A stretch of DNA of 64,000 bases from Cycas panzhihuaensis (GCA_023213395.1 CM041465.1:186255741-186319740); one strand, 5' to 3'. Shown: positions 1 to 14,450, counted from the stretch's first letter. The notes: generated by a model from the sequence alone, not told the origin. Numbers and translations: made by a program.

Positions 1-3000
1 CTTAATAGAGATCTTGAAGAAGAAACTTACATGGCTCAGCAAGAAGGATATGAGATTGAAGTTCAAGAGCATTAAGTTTGCAGGCTCAAAAAGTCCTTAT
101 ACAACCTTAAATAAGCCCCTCATGCTTGGTTTACCAAGTTGTCTAAAAGAATTAGGCAACTTAGATACAAAGTTTATGACTACCAAGATAATAATACAAC
201 ATTGTTCATCAAGTGCCAAAAGGACAAAGTCACTTATCGCATAATCTTTGTGGATGATATGCTAGTAACAAGTAACAATGAACAAGTAATAAGCCAGCTA
301 AAAAGGACCTTAACAAAACGTTCAAATTGTCTAACCTTAGTTTAATAAAATATTACTTGGGAATTGAAGTAACATAAAAGAAAAAAAAAGAATTTCTCTC
401 CTAAGAAAAACATATCAACGATCTTCTAACCAAGTTTCACTTAGAAGATGCTCAACCAGTGGTTTTACCTATGGATCCTAATACTAAACTCTCAGTTGAT
501 AACAACACTAGGGAGGCAGATACAATACTCGATAGAAAACTTGTATGTAGTCTCATCTACACTACTAATACAAGGCCAAACATTGCACACTTTATTAGCA
601 TTCTTACACAATTCATGACAAATGCTAAGTAGAATCACTGATAGGCTATAGTTTGGGTGTTAAAATACCTAAAGATAACTAGTAAATTTGGTTTGTTATA
701 TGAACCTAATAATGAATTTAAGTTTTCTGCATATATAGACTTAGATTTTACAAGAGATAAAGATATAGGAAGGTCTACATCTAGGTATGTAACATTTCTT
801 GGAATAGCACTAATATCATGGAGATCTAGACAACATAAGATAGTTGCTGATTCAACTACCGAAGCTAAATACATTACTACTTTTAAGACCAGCAAAGAGG
901 TGATAAAGCTTAGAAAATGATTGGAAACATTGAATATCACCTAAATAAGTCATACTGACCTTCATGTGGTTAATCAATTAGTAATCCACATGGCAAAAAA
1001 TCATGTATTTCATGATCGTACCAAATACATAAGTACAAGAGTCCACAAGATTAGAGAATTTTTTTATGATAGTACAATTCAATTGGAATACTACCCCATA
1101 GTAGATCAAGTGGTTGATATCTTTACCAAACCACTACAAAAGGTGAAATTTGAATAGTTTTGAAGGTAACTTAGCCTTAAGACATCCATATTTAACTAAT
1201 CAAAGAAGATGGAAATATGATTAGCATACTCTATTCTTTTCATGAAAACCCCTTATGGATGCAAAAGAATAAGAGTAAGTCTCTACTATATCCTATTTAT
1301 GAAAACCCTATATGGGCATGGAAGGATAATGATACTAGTTTTAAAAAATTAGAATCTGTGAAAACTTGAAATAGGAATAGGGGATGACCAAATGGTATAT
1401 AGAGACATAGTAGATTAAGTGCCCATAGAGTAAGGATGCAGGAATCATTATATATTGAGCTTGAACTAACAAAACTACACTTTACTCTTAATGAAAAGCC
1501 CCTCTTATTCCAAGAAGCTATAAACCATACAATATAGAGAAATGCAATAAACAAAGAATACCAATCTCTTATAAAAAATGGTACATAGGAGCTCATTGAT
1601 CTACCACTTGGCAAAAAGGTAGTTCAAAATAAATAGGTGTTCAAAAACAAATATAGATCAGACGACACCCTTAAAAAATATAAGGTGAGGTTGGTAGCTA
1701 AAGGATTCACACAAAGGGAAGGCATCGATTACACTAAAGTATTTACACCTACAACCAAGTGGCCTACAATTAGAACTTTTGTAGCCTTGGCTGCTTAACA
1801 GAGTTGGAAAATCCACCAGCTCAATATTAAAACCACATTTCTCAATGGAGATCTTGAAGAAGAAACTTACATGGCTCAGCAAGAAGGATATAAGATTTAA
1901 GGTTAAGAGCATAAAGTTTGTAGGCTCAAAAAGTCCTTGTACGGCCTTAAATAAGCCCCTTAGGCTTGGTTTGCCAAGTTGTCTAAAAGAATAAGGCAAC
2001 TTAGATATGAAGTTTGTGACTACCAAGATATTGATACAACATTGTTCATTAAGTGCCAAAAGGACAAAGTCACTTATCTCATAATCTTTGTGGATGATAT
2101 ACTAGTAACAAGTAATAATGAATAGGTAATAAGCTAGCTAAAAATAGACCTTGGAAAAATGTTCAAATTATTTGACCTCAGTTTGATGAAATATTACTTG
2201 GGAATAACAAAAATTTTCCTCTCCTAAGAAAAATACATCAACGATCTTCCAACCAAGTTTTAGTTAGAAGATGCTCAACCAGTGGCTTTACCTATGGATC
2301 CTAATACTAAACTCTCAGTTGATAGCAACACTAGGGAGGCAGATGTAATACTCGATAGAAAACTTGTATGTAGTCTCATCTGCACTACAAATACAAGGCC
2401 AAATATTACGCAATTTGTTAGTATTCTTGCATGATTCATGACAAATCCTAAGAAGAATCACTGGTAGGCTATAGTTTAGGTGTTAAAATACCTAAAGACA
2501 ACTAGTAAATTTAGACTGTTGTATGAACCTAATAATGAATTTAAGTTTTCTGTATATACAGACTTAGACTTTGTAGGAGATAAAGATACATGAAGATCTA
2601 CATCTAGGTATGTAACATTTCTTGAAATAGCACCAATATCATGGAGATCTAGAGAGCATAAGATAGTTGCTGATTCAACTACTGAAGTCAAATGCATTTC
2701 TACTTTTAAGACCAGCAAAGAGGTGATATGGCTTAGAAAATTATTAAAAACATTGAATATCACCTAAACAAGTCATATTGACCTTCATGTGGATAATCAA
2801 TTAGTAATCCATATGGCAAAAAATCATGTATTTCATGATCATACCAAACACATAAGTACGAAAGTCCACAAGATTAGAGAACTTTTTTATGACAGAACAA
2901 TTTAATTAGAATACTACCCCACAGTAGATCAAGTGGTTGATATCTTCACCAAACCACTACAAAGGTGAAATTTGAACATTTTTTAAGGCAACTTGGCCTT

Positions 3001-5088
3001 AGGGCCTCCATCTTTAACTAATCAAAGAAGATGGTAATAGGATTAGTATACTCTATTATTTTCATGAAAACCCCCTGTGGATGCCGAAGAATAAGAGTAA
3101 GTCTCTACTATATCCTATTTATGAAAACCCTATGTGGGCATGGAAGGATAAAGGTTGTACTAGTTTTGAAAAATTAGAATATGTGAAAACTTGAAATGGG
3201 TATAGGGGATGACCAAATGCTATATAGAGACATAGTAGATTAAATGCCTATAGAGTAAGGATATAGGAATCATTATATACTGAGCTTGAACTGACAGAAC
3301 TACACCTTGCTCTTAATGAAGAGCCTCTCTTGTGCTAAGAAGCCATAAAACATACAATCTAGAGAAATACAATAAATGAAGAATACCAATCTCTTATAAA
3401 AAATGGTACATGAGAGCTCATTGATCTACCACATGGCAGAAAGGTAGTTCAAAATAAATGGGTGTTAGAAAATAAATATAGATCAGATGAAACCCTTAAA
3501 AAATATAAGGTGAGGCTGGTAGCTAAAAGATTCATACAAAGGGAAGGCATCAACTACACTAAAGTATTTGCACCTATAACCAAGTGGCCTACAATTAGAA
3601 CTTTTATGGCCTTGGCTACTTAACAGGGTTAGAAAATCCACCAGCTCAATATTGAAACCACATTTCTCAATGGAGATCTTGAAGAAGAAACTTACATGGC
3701 TCAGCAAGAAGGATATGAGATTGAAGGTCAAGAGCATAAAGTTTACAGGCTCAGAAAGTCCTTGTACGACCTTAAACAAGCCCCTCATGCTTGGTATACC
3801 AAGTTGTTTGAAAGAATGAGGTAACTTATATATGAAGTTTGTAACTACTAAGATATTGATATAACATTGTTCATTAAGTGCCAAAAGGACAAAGTCACTT
3901 ATCTCATAATCTTTGTGGATGATATGTTAGTAACATGTAACAATGAACAGGTAATAAGTTAGTTGAAAAAGGACCTTGGCAAAACATTCAAATTGTCTGA
4001 CATCAGTTTGATAAAATATTACTTAGAAATTGAAGTAACATAAAATAATAAAAAAAAAAATTCTCTCATAAGAAAAATACATCAATGATCTTCTAACCAA
4101 GTTTTAGTTAGAAGATGCTCAACCAATGGCTTTACCTATGGATCCTAATATTAAACTCTTAGTTGATAGCAACACTAGGGAGGCAGACGCAACACTCGAT
4201 AGGAAACATGTATGTAGCCTCATGTACACTACCAATACAAGGCTAAATATTGCACACTTTATTAGCATTCTTACACGATTCATAACAAAACTTAAACAAA
4301 ATCATTGGTTGGCTATAGTTTAGGTGTTAAAATACCTAAAGATAACTAGTAAATTTGGTCTATTGTATGAACCTAATAATGAATTTAAGTTTTCTACATA
4401 TACAGACTTAAACTTTGCAAGAGATAAAGATATAGGAAGATCTACATCGGGGTATGTAACATTTCTTAGAATAGCACCAATATCATAGAGATCTAGACAG
4501 CATAAGATAGTTGTTAATTCAACTACTGAAGCTAAATACATTGCTACTTTTAAGACCAGTAAAAAGGTGATATGGCTTAGAAAATTATTAAAAACATTGG
4601 ATATCGCCTAAATAGGTCATACTAACATTCATGTAGATAATTAATTAGTAATCCACTTGGCAAAAAAATATGTATTTCATGATCGTAGCAAACACATAAG
4701 TATAAAATTCCATAATATTAGAGAAGTTTTTTATGATGGCACAATTCAATTGGAATACTGCCCCACAGTAGATCAAGTGGCTGATATCTTCACCAAACTA
4801 CTAGAAAAGGTAAAATTTAAATAGTTTTGAGGGCAACTCAGTCTTAGGGCCTCTATCTTTAACTAATTAAAGAAGATGGTAATAGGATTAGCATACTCTA
4901 TTCTTTTTGTGAAAACCCTTGTGGACGCGGAAGAATAAGGGTAAGTCTCTACTCTATCCTATTTATGAAAACCGTATGTGGGCATGGAAGGATAAGGGTT
5001 ATACTAGTTTTGAAAAATTAGAATCTGTGAAAACCTAAAATGGGCATAGGGGATGACCAAATAGTATAAAGAGACATAGTAGATTAAG
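1..5088 (+). repeat. Tandem array of at least 3 copies (~1.83 kb unit) of a Ty1/copia RT-RNaseH-3'UTR block, all pseudogenised
   Basis: Units: 1-1419 (partial), 1420-3244 and 3245-5088. Each has IIFVDD (RT active site, ~241, ~2081, ~3907), WRSRQHKIVADSTTEAKY, FHDRTKHI and DQVVDIFTKPL. The junction AGATTAAG|TGCCCATAGAG recurs at 1419 and (one mismatch) at 3244. Many stops and frameshifts. Confidence 0.95.
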
Positions 5089-5302
5089 CTGCACATTTAA
5101 ACTGTTTAGCTATTAGGCTACATCAAAGAGACACTTTAGCCATTTTAATTTATAAAAGGGGCTATAAATCTTAAAAAGTCTATGGGTTTTTATTCCCCAT
5201 GAGAGTTTTCTTACAAAAGTGTCATTTAGAATTTTAATGTAATAATGATGCTCAAATAAATACCTTATAGAATAGATTTTCTTAAAATGACCTTCCACCA
5301 TT

Positions 5303-5791
5303 AAGGGGGGGACTGAAAGAGGTTAATGTACCAAGGTCATTTGTGTAGATTAATTAAGTGACCTTAGGATATATTATTAAAATTAGTCTCTTAGTGAAAT
5401 GTATTTGATGTGCATTTAGACATAATTTCAAGTTCATGTCATTAGATAAGAAAATCTTAACCCTAATACTCACCCTTAATAATAAAAGGCAAAATCTTAA
5501 GGAGGGAGTTATTATTCATTCTCACCTCCAAGCTTGCTCTCATATCTTATTTTATTTCTTTTTTATTCTCCATTACTATTGTGTGTATGTAAGTGATTTA
5601 TTCCCTTGATCCATCTTTTCTTTAGGCAGAGGGGTTTTACTGGCAAAATGAGTAACCAAGCCTCTAGGAAGGAGAGCTCTTCATAGGAGCAATGAAATTT
5701 GAAACCGTTAAATCTAGTGTAGTGTTAACTCAAAGAGCTTCAAAATGAATGGTTACTTGATAGGGTTTTGATCACTGTGGAGAGTGCACCA
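5303..5791 (+). mobile_element. Polypurine tract and 3' LTR of the copia element
   Basis: AAGGGGGGGA (5303-5312) followed by TGAAAGA at 5314. Probable end ...GTGCACCA at 5791; the end is inferred because no second LTR is in the window. Confidence 0.65.
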
Positions 5792-5799
5792 GCCTGTAG

Positions 5800-6600
5800 A
5801 AGTTTAAGTTCTTATAAAACCTTAAAAAAATAGTGAAAAAATAATAAAAACTTATAAAATATCAACAAAAAACTTAATATAATTTCTCCAAAAGATTGTT
5901 GGGTTGAATACACATGCTATTGCTATATAAATCTAAAAAAATACTGATTAAATAGAGTATACACACTAAAAAATAGCTAAATATTCAATAAAACTACATA
6001 AAACTTATTAATAAAACTTTATAAAATGATAAAATATTAAATGTTTTTGCTTGATGTAAGTAGCTTTGATAGATCTCCTTTTAAAAACCTAATAGATCTT
6101 TACTTGATTCTAAATGAAGCCAACTCAAGAAGCTTCAAATGTAGTCTAGGTTCTAAATTGCTAAATGCAACCAAGATTTGGATCTAATACCAAATGAAGG
6201 ACAATATGTAGAGTGAGACTTTATAATGGCAAGTACATGCTTACTCAAATTAAAAATATCCAATGAATAGCGGGTAGTATTGAAAAACACCGAGGAGGTA
6301 TTCCCACCCCTTATATAGATAATTTTGGGGAGGTGGCAAGTGCCTCAACCTAACTTGTACACATTTCAAATTAATATTAAAAAAATATAATTAATAAATA
6401 GAGCGTATACCTTAATAATAATGCATTATCATATGGTGGCTAATTTGCAGCTTAAGGTGCCCTAGGGAGCTCGAAAGGTGGCTTTGAGGGACCCTAGGTA
6501 CACATCTCTATATGCACATTAGGTGTTATTCCAATATTTTTGGTCACTGCATAGAGTAATGATAAAATTTAAAAATTTTAGTCACCATGTAAAGCACCAA
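5800..6600 (-). mobile_element. Degenerate 5' leader, PBS and 5' LTR of a minus-strand LTR element
   Basis: ~6000-6190 resembles the PBS-proximal leader of element A (~24260-24490; shared GATAGATCTCCTTT, TGAAGCCAA, TGTAGTCTA). Decayed PBS reverse complement GATCTAATACCA (~6181-6192), then TGAAGG at 6195. Confidence 0.5.
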
Positions 6601-7053
6601 AATTTCATCATACAACCATGCTCAAATGAAAGAGCACTAAAAGCTATTATAGAAATGTGACCTTTGTTTGGTCAACAGGTTACTGATTTAACCTAAAATC
6701 CCTTTAACACCTTTTATCATATGTGATTAGGGCTATCTCATTAAGGGCTTAAGCATGGACTTTAATTAACAATTAAAAATGATTTAATGTATCCATATTT
6801 TATAAATGATAAAATATATTTATATCTTAAGTATTTATAGTCAAATATACCAAAAATCTATTGTATCTCATTTGGAGAATTTCATTTGTTTATTATTTAT
6901 TTTTACCATTTTTTACATCTGCTAGAATCTCTATCAATCAAATTCATTTTTTGCATCTCAAAATTCAAGGAATCTATCTTCCTTGATGTGATGTCTCTTT
7001 ATTTTTGTGTCTCCCATCTTATCTCAATATGGCATTACTAATATTGTCTCATC

Positions 7054-7219
7054 TTTTTTTCTTTTTTTTTGGTTTAACCAAGTGGATGGAATCAGCTCCT
7101 TGTTTGTTGGCATTGTTATCCCTTTCATCTAGTTCACCTATATAACCCCCTATGAGGGTCGAACCTGGGACTTTCAACACCATAGAGTAGATACCTATCA
7201 ATGCACCCTAATGCCTGAC
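7054..7219 (-). mobile_element. tRNA-derived SINE with poly(A) tail and ~16 bp target-site duplication
   Basis: Poly-T at 7054-7070 (poly-A on minus). B-box GGTTCGACCC on minus (~7155-7165), with a degenerate A-box ~40 bp upstream. TSD CTAATATTGTCTCATC (7038-7053) / CTAATATTATCTTATC (7220-7235). Confidence 0.8.
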
Positions 7220-7299
7220 CTAATATTATCTTATCTTATAATTACTTAATTCCTGTGGTACCTAATTTAACTATAACAATCATTCAAATTTAGTGATAT

Positions 7300-8360
7300 A
7301 GTTTTAGATCAAGTAATTAACATCATTTTTAGTTGTTATTATTGCATTTAATAAGAGCTTCATTGTCACTGACCTGTAAAGGAAGATAACATAGGAGAAT
7401 TAATACGGAAATATCAATAATCCCATTTAAAAAGTAGACAAGAAACACATGTAATAACTTTGATTTCTTAGGTAAGGAAGGTCTATGCAAGACATCTAAT
7501 GGCCTTAATACAAGGAATTATGAGTTTGGATTTACTCTCTATAATGATTCTTAGAAACTTATCAACTAATATATTAGCAGTGGAAGAATTTAAACATAGA
7601 CTTCTTTACATTCTATAGAGATGAATTACTAATTTGATGACATTTATTTCCATACCTTAAAGCTTACAAATCTGATCTTTGATGATGTTAGTAATCTAAT
7701 TTGTATAAGCTAGTTGTGAATTTAATTTAGTTTCCATGTCTTCACTTCCTCATGGTTGGTTTTGCTCCATTGACATGTAGGGGTTTATCACAATATTGTA
7801 CCCTCATTGTCTCAAAGTTGACCTAGCAAATGTAGGTTTCCAAAAATATGATGTGTGGTACTAACCCTCTATATAGAAGATACTTGGTTGCTTTAAAAAA
7901 CATTTCATATGGACAAGCAATAACATTCCAACACTCTATAACAAACCAATTTTTTATTTAACTCTATATAATATAACCAATGATATTTTAAACTAAATTC
8001 ACCTATAGACACACTAACAAATACCTTGATTACTACCTTAATTCATTGGTTCCACAACATAGGTTAAAAAATTAATTAACAACCCATGACTAACCTACTT
8101 TGATACCACATGAGATTTAAAAAAAATAAAAGAACCAATTCAAAACACTAGACATAAATTTTAGTTAAAATTAGTCTATCATCATAAAACTAGAATGACT
8201 CTCTATAATCAATCTATTATATAATAAAACTCTATACATATATTTGTACAAGTAGGAAATAAGAACTCGTAATTACCATGACACATGTCACAAGTCCATT
8301 TAAGACTTTTGAAACTCTTGATGACTCACCAACCTAAATTTATCCTATATGAATATTAAT
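7300..8360 (-). mobile_element. Highly decayed minus-strand LTR element 5' end (PBS + LTR, possible gag remnant)
   Basis: ACTTTGATACCA (~8097-8108) is a decayed reverse complement of the Met PBS, followed by CA then TGAGA at 8111. Boundaries uncertain. Confidence 0.4.
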
Positions 8361-8599
8361 TCTAATGATCTTAAGCTCAAAAAATTTCCTATACTTTCAC
8401 CTCCATCTTCACATAAGAAGTTGCCTTAGTGGTATTTAAAAACCATGGAGGACACATAAAAGAGGTTACCCAATATAAAGGGTAAGAAAAAATCTTAGAT
8501 GCAACCTTTTAAGTAGGTGAATGCAACTCTTATATCACAAGTGTTATATTCAAATGAACTTTCTACTATTATATAGGTAATATTAAAGAACAAAATTAT

Positions 8600-9421
8600 A
8601 ATAAACTAATAAATACTAGGATCTAAGAATCAAGAAATAACTACACTTCGGATTTAGTAAAATTAACTACTAAGAAGCAAACAATTAGTAGTAAATGGAT
8701 ATATAGGTCTAATTATAAAATAAATATACTTTTAGATAAACGCAAGGTACAATCTATAACTAAAGGCTTAAAGTCATAAGAAGGTATCAACTATAAAGAG
8801 ACATTTACTCCAATTACAAAGATAAATGTTATTCAACTCATTGTGGTAATGGTTAGTTCAATTAGTAGTTTTACAAAATAGATGTAAAAATTTCATTCCT
8901 AAATGGAGACTTAATAAAAGAGGTTTATATGGAGCACCCATCTAGATTTATATGAAAAGTCTAAGAGAAATTAGAATGCCAACTTAAAAAGGCTTTGTAT
9001 AAATTAAAATAGGCTTTGAGAGTTTAGTATTAAAAAAATGATAAAAACTTTCTAAAAATTAGGCTTGGTAGATCTCCAAATGACTTATAGTTGCATATCA
9101 ATATCTTGGATGATAAAGTTATATTTATGATATTGTATATTGATGAATTATTGATCTTAACTAATGACATCAATATGATATTAGACCTAAAAATAGATAT
9201 AAGCCACATAATTAAGATAATAGATTTGGGAACATTTCACTACTTTCTTAGAGTGGAAGTATGATAAAGTATTGGATGTGTCTTCATCTTATAAGAGAAA
9301 TACACTTGGAAAATTATGAAGAAATTCATAATAGAGGATTATAAGCCTATTTCTACCACCATAGAGATAGGTTTCAAGTTAATAACACAAGATGGTGGAG
9401 TAAATGTTGATGCCACATTTG
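8600..9421 (+). pseudogene. Ty1/copia reverse transcriptase remnant
   Basis: Decayed motifs (S)KWIY, EGINYKETFTP, DVKISFLNGDL..EVYMEHP, LYIDELLI and YFLRVEV. Cut at 9421 by the next LTR. Confidence 0.8.
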
Positions 9422-12400
9422 TGATGAGCTTATCCCAATATTCTTCAACTTTGAGTACCAAAACAAAATCTTAGACAATAATACATTGCTTTTATTAGCA
9501 ATGATTAAGTCTTAGTACACAAGAAAAATATCTCACAAGAGAACTAAAGAGTACCAAAGAGAAGTGAAAAGGGTATCAAAGTAGAACCTCTAAAGGAAAA
9601 TAAGTCTCAATAATCCTTACTTTACAATGAGTGAGCCTTAAATATGTAAGAAAGGCCTCTTTTAAAAGATATTATTAATAAAATAATAACCTCTAATTTT
9701 ATTAGCAGACATAAGTAGCCTATGCATAAAAATTAATGGCTAGCACTAACCATCAAGGTTATTTTATCATATGTGCTAGCTAACCATATAATATATCCCC
9801 TCCCTTGAAATGTTGGATCCTTGAAGCTAAGAAGAAGATGAGAATACTACTTAATAAATTTGACAGACTCTCATGTTGCAAACTTAAAGTACTAAAAAAT
9901 TGTTTTATTCTAAAGGCAGTGTTGGCAACTGGTTAGAAGATGGTTAGTTAAAATAACAAGATGTTGCTCTTTATTTAGAACCGATAAGATAGACTGAGGT
10001 ATAATCATTTTTTTGAGGTGCTTCTTAAGGAAAGAGACATAATACGTTATAGATTTTTATGTAAGAGGTAGTTTGAGTGCATAGACAAATTTACCAATTT
10101 ATTAAAGAACTTTATATAGGCCATAATAATGTGGACTTAGATTTTGGATTTTATGATATTTAAGGGATTGTTACTTATATTGTTGGAGGCAAAGGGGAAA
10201 CTAAGTCATAATTAATCAATCTGGACATCAAAAGATCTATCAAAACAATGGTAGTTAATGAGTTATTTCATGCAATTTTGGGTTCTTATAAGGTTTTTTT
10301 TAAATGTTTGAATAATTTGGTCCATATATTGAAGTCTTCATTGGGCTACAGTAGTTTGAAGATTAATGGTAAGACTATGATGAGATAGCGGGGGATATTC
10401 ATAGAGGGCTATAAAAGGGGACATGCCAACAAGTGAGTAGTGGGATGAGTTGTACCAATGCTTTATAAGAGCTAGCCATGAAGTCTATTTATGTTGAAGT
10501 TTAGATGTAAAGTATTACAATTCTAATGTCTTATTTAGGACTTCAGATTAACCATTAATTTGTAGATGGTACATTAATCTCATGTTGAATGAAGTCCTAA
10601 AAGCCCAAAAGAGTTCTTGCCAAAATATGCTAGTAAATTTGGAATCCTAATTACAGACAATCATTGGTGGGAAACCATGGGGGTAAAAAATAGAATGAAT
10701 GTAAAGATCAATCAAGCATGAGGATTTATAAGAGGTATGGATAAATAAAAAAGTGCATACTTGGTGAGTCTATCAATGACTACCCATAATAAGCTAGACC
10801 CAGTAGATAATGGGAAACCCATGATGAAATATATACCAATATCTTACCATTTGCCTTTGGGTATATGTAGGGGTTAGAGGAGGCTTAGTTGAGCTTTTTT
10901 ATTAATCATATCTTTTATATTAATTTTATTTGTTTGGAAAGTATGACATTTAGAGATGAACATAAAGATGGAGGATTTCATATTAGGCCAGTAAAAATTA
11001 AATAAAAAATGATGATATATTTTATCCAATCTCGAGTGACCATTAAGGGGAGTAGAATGATATTTTAATAAAATACATCTGATGAAATATGAGGAATGGT
11101 GAACAAAAATATGATTTTGTTATAAGAGCTAGGAGATGTATAACTGCCAATCTTTATAGCTATGAAATTTAGAGGCCGATTTATCAAAATCTAGCTAGGA
11201 TATATTTTTGGTTACCAGTTTTATTAGCCATAATGGTTATGGTTTAGAAATTACATAAATAGTGGGTTCATTAGTGAGAGGCTCCATGGGGAAGCAACAG
11301 AGGGCATCAACAATCACATTTTCCTTGTCTTTTTTATATGCAACAGTGAAATTGAATACTTGTAAATGGTTGATCCGTTAAACTTGTTCTTTAGATAGGA
11401 CTAATTGATCAAGAAGATGATAAAGGCTATGATGGTTTATTAAGATAATGAACTTAGAACCTAAAAGATACTAGTTCCATTTATTAATGGCATGTAACAT
11501 AATTTTCATATCCTTTTGATATGTCAATAAGCAACATTCATGGTCTTTAAGTTTACAACTCTTAAATGCTATTGGATAAAAGTTTTATATAACAATGACA
11601 CCTATTCTAAATCATGAAGTATCACATTATAATTGGAAGGGTTAGAAGAAGTCGAGGGTGACAAGAATGGAGGTAGAGTCATAATAGACTCAAGGTTGTT
11701 AAAATCTTTCTCCACCTCTTGTGACCATTGAAATACATCCTTTTATAGTAAGTTTGTTAATAGGATTACCAAAGAGGCATAATTACAAATAAGCCATTGA
11801 TAAAACCCTATGAATCTTAGAAAAGATTATAACTAAGTAAGGTTTTTAGTCATAGGCCACATAGTGATGATAAAGATTTTATTTAGATTAACTTAAATTC
11901 CTTCTTACAAGATAATATGCCTGAGATATTATAATTTCATCTTATCAAACTTATATTTAGATAGCTTAGTATATAGTTGGTGTTAGGTGAGGGTCTGAAG
12001 GACATCTTCTAAATGTTGGAGATTGTTATTTAAGTTTTGACTATGTATAAGGATGCCATCAAGAAAGACAATGATAAATTTGCATAGATAAGGGGTAAAT
12101 ATTTTAGTCATTAAATCTTTGGAATGTCACTAGTACATTATAAATATTGAAAGGTATAACCTAAAATTTAAAACACTTATGAAGAATTTGAAAAGTAGTT
12201 TTATGATAGCCCTTTACAATAATGGGAATTTGATAATATCTAGATTACAGGTCTAATTTATAAAAAATAACGGCCCATATATTTTTTCAAGCATATTATT
12301 GATTCAAGATGTGAAAATTTTATTTTTAATCATGATTTTATTGATTTCATGATAATTAAAATAAAGTTTAAAAAAATCATTTTTTCTTCTTACTAGGATA

Positions 12401-14450
12401 ATAAGTGTGTCATAAGGGCTTTTACTAGGTTGGATGATACCTGTATCAATTAATTCATTAGTGATATTCTCTTTTTTTTTTAGAAGATAAGAATTTTGAT
12501 AAGGACAAAGGTTAATAGGGTCATGTGGTGTTTTGAGTTTGATAGAATGATGAAAACCTTGGTCTAGGGGAGGAGTAGTCAAAATGAGGGCAAATACAAA
12601 TTGGTATTTATTAAGAAAGCTTTGCATATGAGGGTAAATGGTTTTATAAGGTTGAATATTATTAACGTGAATAATACAACCAACATTATTACTTAAATAC
12701 TTGCACATTTGATTAACATATATAAGTTGATTGGTAGATAATTGAATCACATATAATTTATGCATTTATGCCATCTAATCCTTAAATAAAATGAATATAT
12801 TATTAGGGGAATTATTCATGTTATGTGTTCTAAGAGTTTAAAGCAACTAGACATCAAGGATAGCATTAGATCCTCCCATATATAGGGCATAAAAATTAGA
12901 GGTGAAACGCTAGGTACTAATTTAAATGTAAAGGTTTTTTAGTGTTCCTACATAGTTTAAAGTATGATGACCTAACATGAAGTAGGCAAATCTAATTTTT
13001 GGTATGATATAAAGATTTAATTATGATCCAAGGATATATCAATGAAATTTAATGATGTACCACCATTGATTAATATTAATATGGGTGTTTTATGAATGGT
13101 GACTTTCACATGAAGTGGCTCTAGGAAAGATGTAGAAGAGATAAATAATAAATAGACTTTGGTCTAAGGATCAAGTAAGGAAGATTCTTGGGGGGTCATC
13201 ATCAGGCTCAGGTTTGAATTTGATTTCAAAATCCTTTTTAATTTTAGATTCTATAGTAAAAACCATGTTCCTTGCTTTGCATACCCTGGTGTGACCAAGG
13301 GTCTATTTTTTTTAGCGCTTGACATAAAGACCAACTTTTACTGATGGAATGTGAATTGGTCTAATAGGAGGGTTTACTACTAAGCATTGCACTTCATCTG
13401 ATTGAGGATTTTTATGCTATTAATCCAAATTATAGGGACACTAGTACCATAAAGTGTCTTGCCTAAAGGTAGATGAGTGTTCCACAACAAACTCTACTTT
13501 GACTACTCTTACTTAGGCAAAGTCCTTATTAAGGTCATGGTCAAAAGTTGGTATAGTAATTCTATGATATGCTTGTTGTTGCCATGGAATCAAAGATGGA
13601 GATAGAGGACTTAAGTTATTAGAGGTGGACATACCTAAGGGTGGAATATGGGAATTAGGTTATACAAGTAAGAGCATTCTGTCCAATTTTTAATCAAAGG
13701 TGTCTTATTTCTAGTTGTAACCATCTAGTTTTTGGTTAAACAATTCTATTTCCTATTGGAGTCCTTGACTTGTTGGTCTAATCTTGTTAGGTTCTTATTT
13801 AGTACTTCTATATTATGTGACATTTCTTAAAACTAAACCTTAAGTACTTGAATGTGATCTACCTTTGTGGTCACCATAGATGTAAAATTTAGTGTTGTGA
13901 ATAGAAGGGGTTCTAGAGAAGTGGGGTAGAATAAGAATAAGAGTATTCATAAAGAGGGAAGAGTAAATAGATAGAACAAGATTTAAAGAATTGGGGATTA
14001 ATATAAATAAGTAGGGGGAATAGGGTGGGGGTATCTATAGATTATTGACCCCCCAAAATATATAATAATGTCACTTAAGACACTAAGATAAGTGTGAAGA
14101 GCTAGTCAAAATGGTATAGGTGACATTTAAGGATGATATTTAGGTGATGGATCCTACATGGTATCTATATTCTATTATAGCTAAAAAATGATGGTTAAAG
14201 CTACCCTAGTTGAAAATGATTAGAATAACATGATGATCAAAATAAGATAGATGATTTGCTAGGGTGGTTCTTGAGCCATGGAAATTTTTTTTCTTCTTGG
14301 TCTGAGTCTAGTGGTCTAGGTTTCATCTAAATTGGAGAAGTATTTACTTAAGTGACCTTGTGGAACAAGTGATGGATCTTTTTTTTTCATCTTGGGGGTG
14401 GAAGGGAAAGAGTGCAGACTTTAAACTCAAACTAGGTATTAGATTAAAAG
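9422..14450 (-). mobile_element. Ty3/gypsy chromovirus remnant (3' LTR, PPT, chromodomain-integrase, RH, RT, protease, gag)
   Basis: LTR 9422 (TGATGAG) to ~9793, followed by PPT reverse complement TATCCCCTCCCTTGAA. Minus-strand motifs: AT(W)ES chromodomain ~9870; LSPHYYG ~10125; IVFLDGIL (RT) ~12050-12072; ORF 12304-12765 (GIIQPSKSPY...LVRRKND, RT N-terminus); ILINGGTS protease-like ~13060. The 5' LTR was not identified. Confidence 0.85.

Noticed and set aside
635-4541. Repeated minus-strand ORFs (MIFNV..., MALNEQ...)
   Set aside because: Antisense shadows of the triplicated copia RT/RH.
7120-7219. tRNA gene
   Set aside because: No cloverleaf evident; the poly(A) tail and TSD indicate a SINE.
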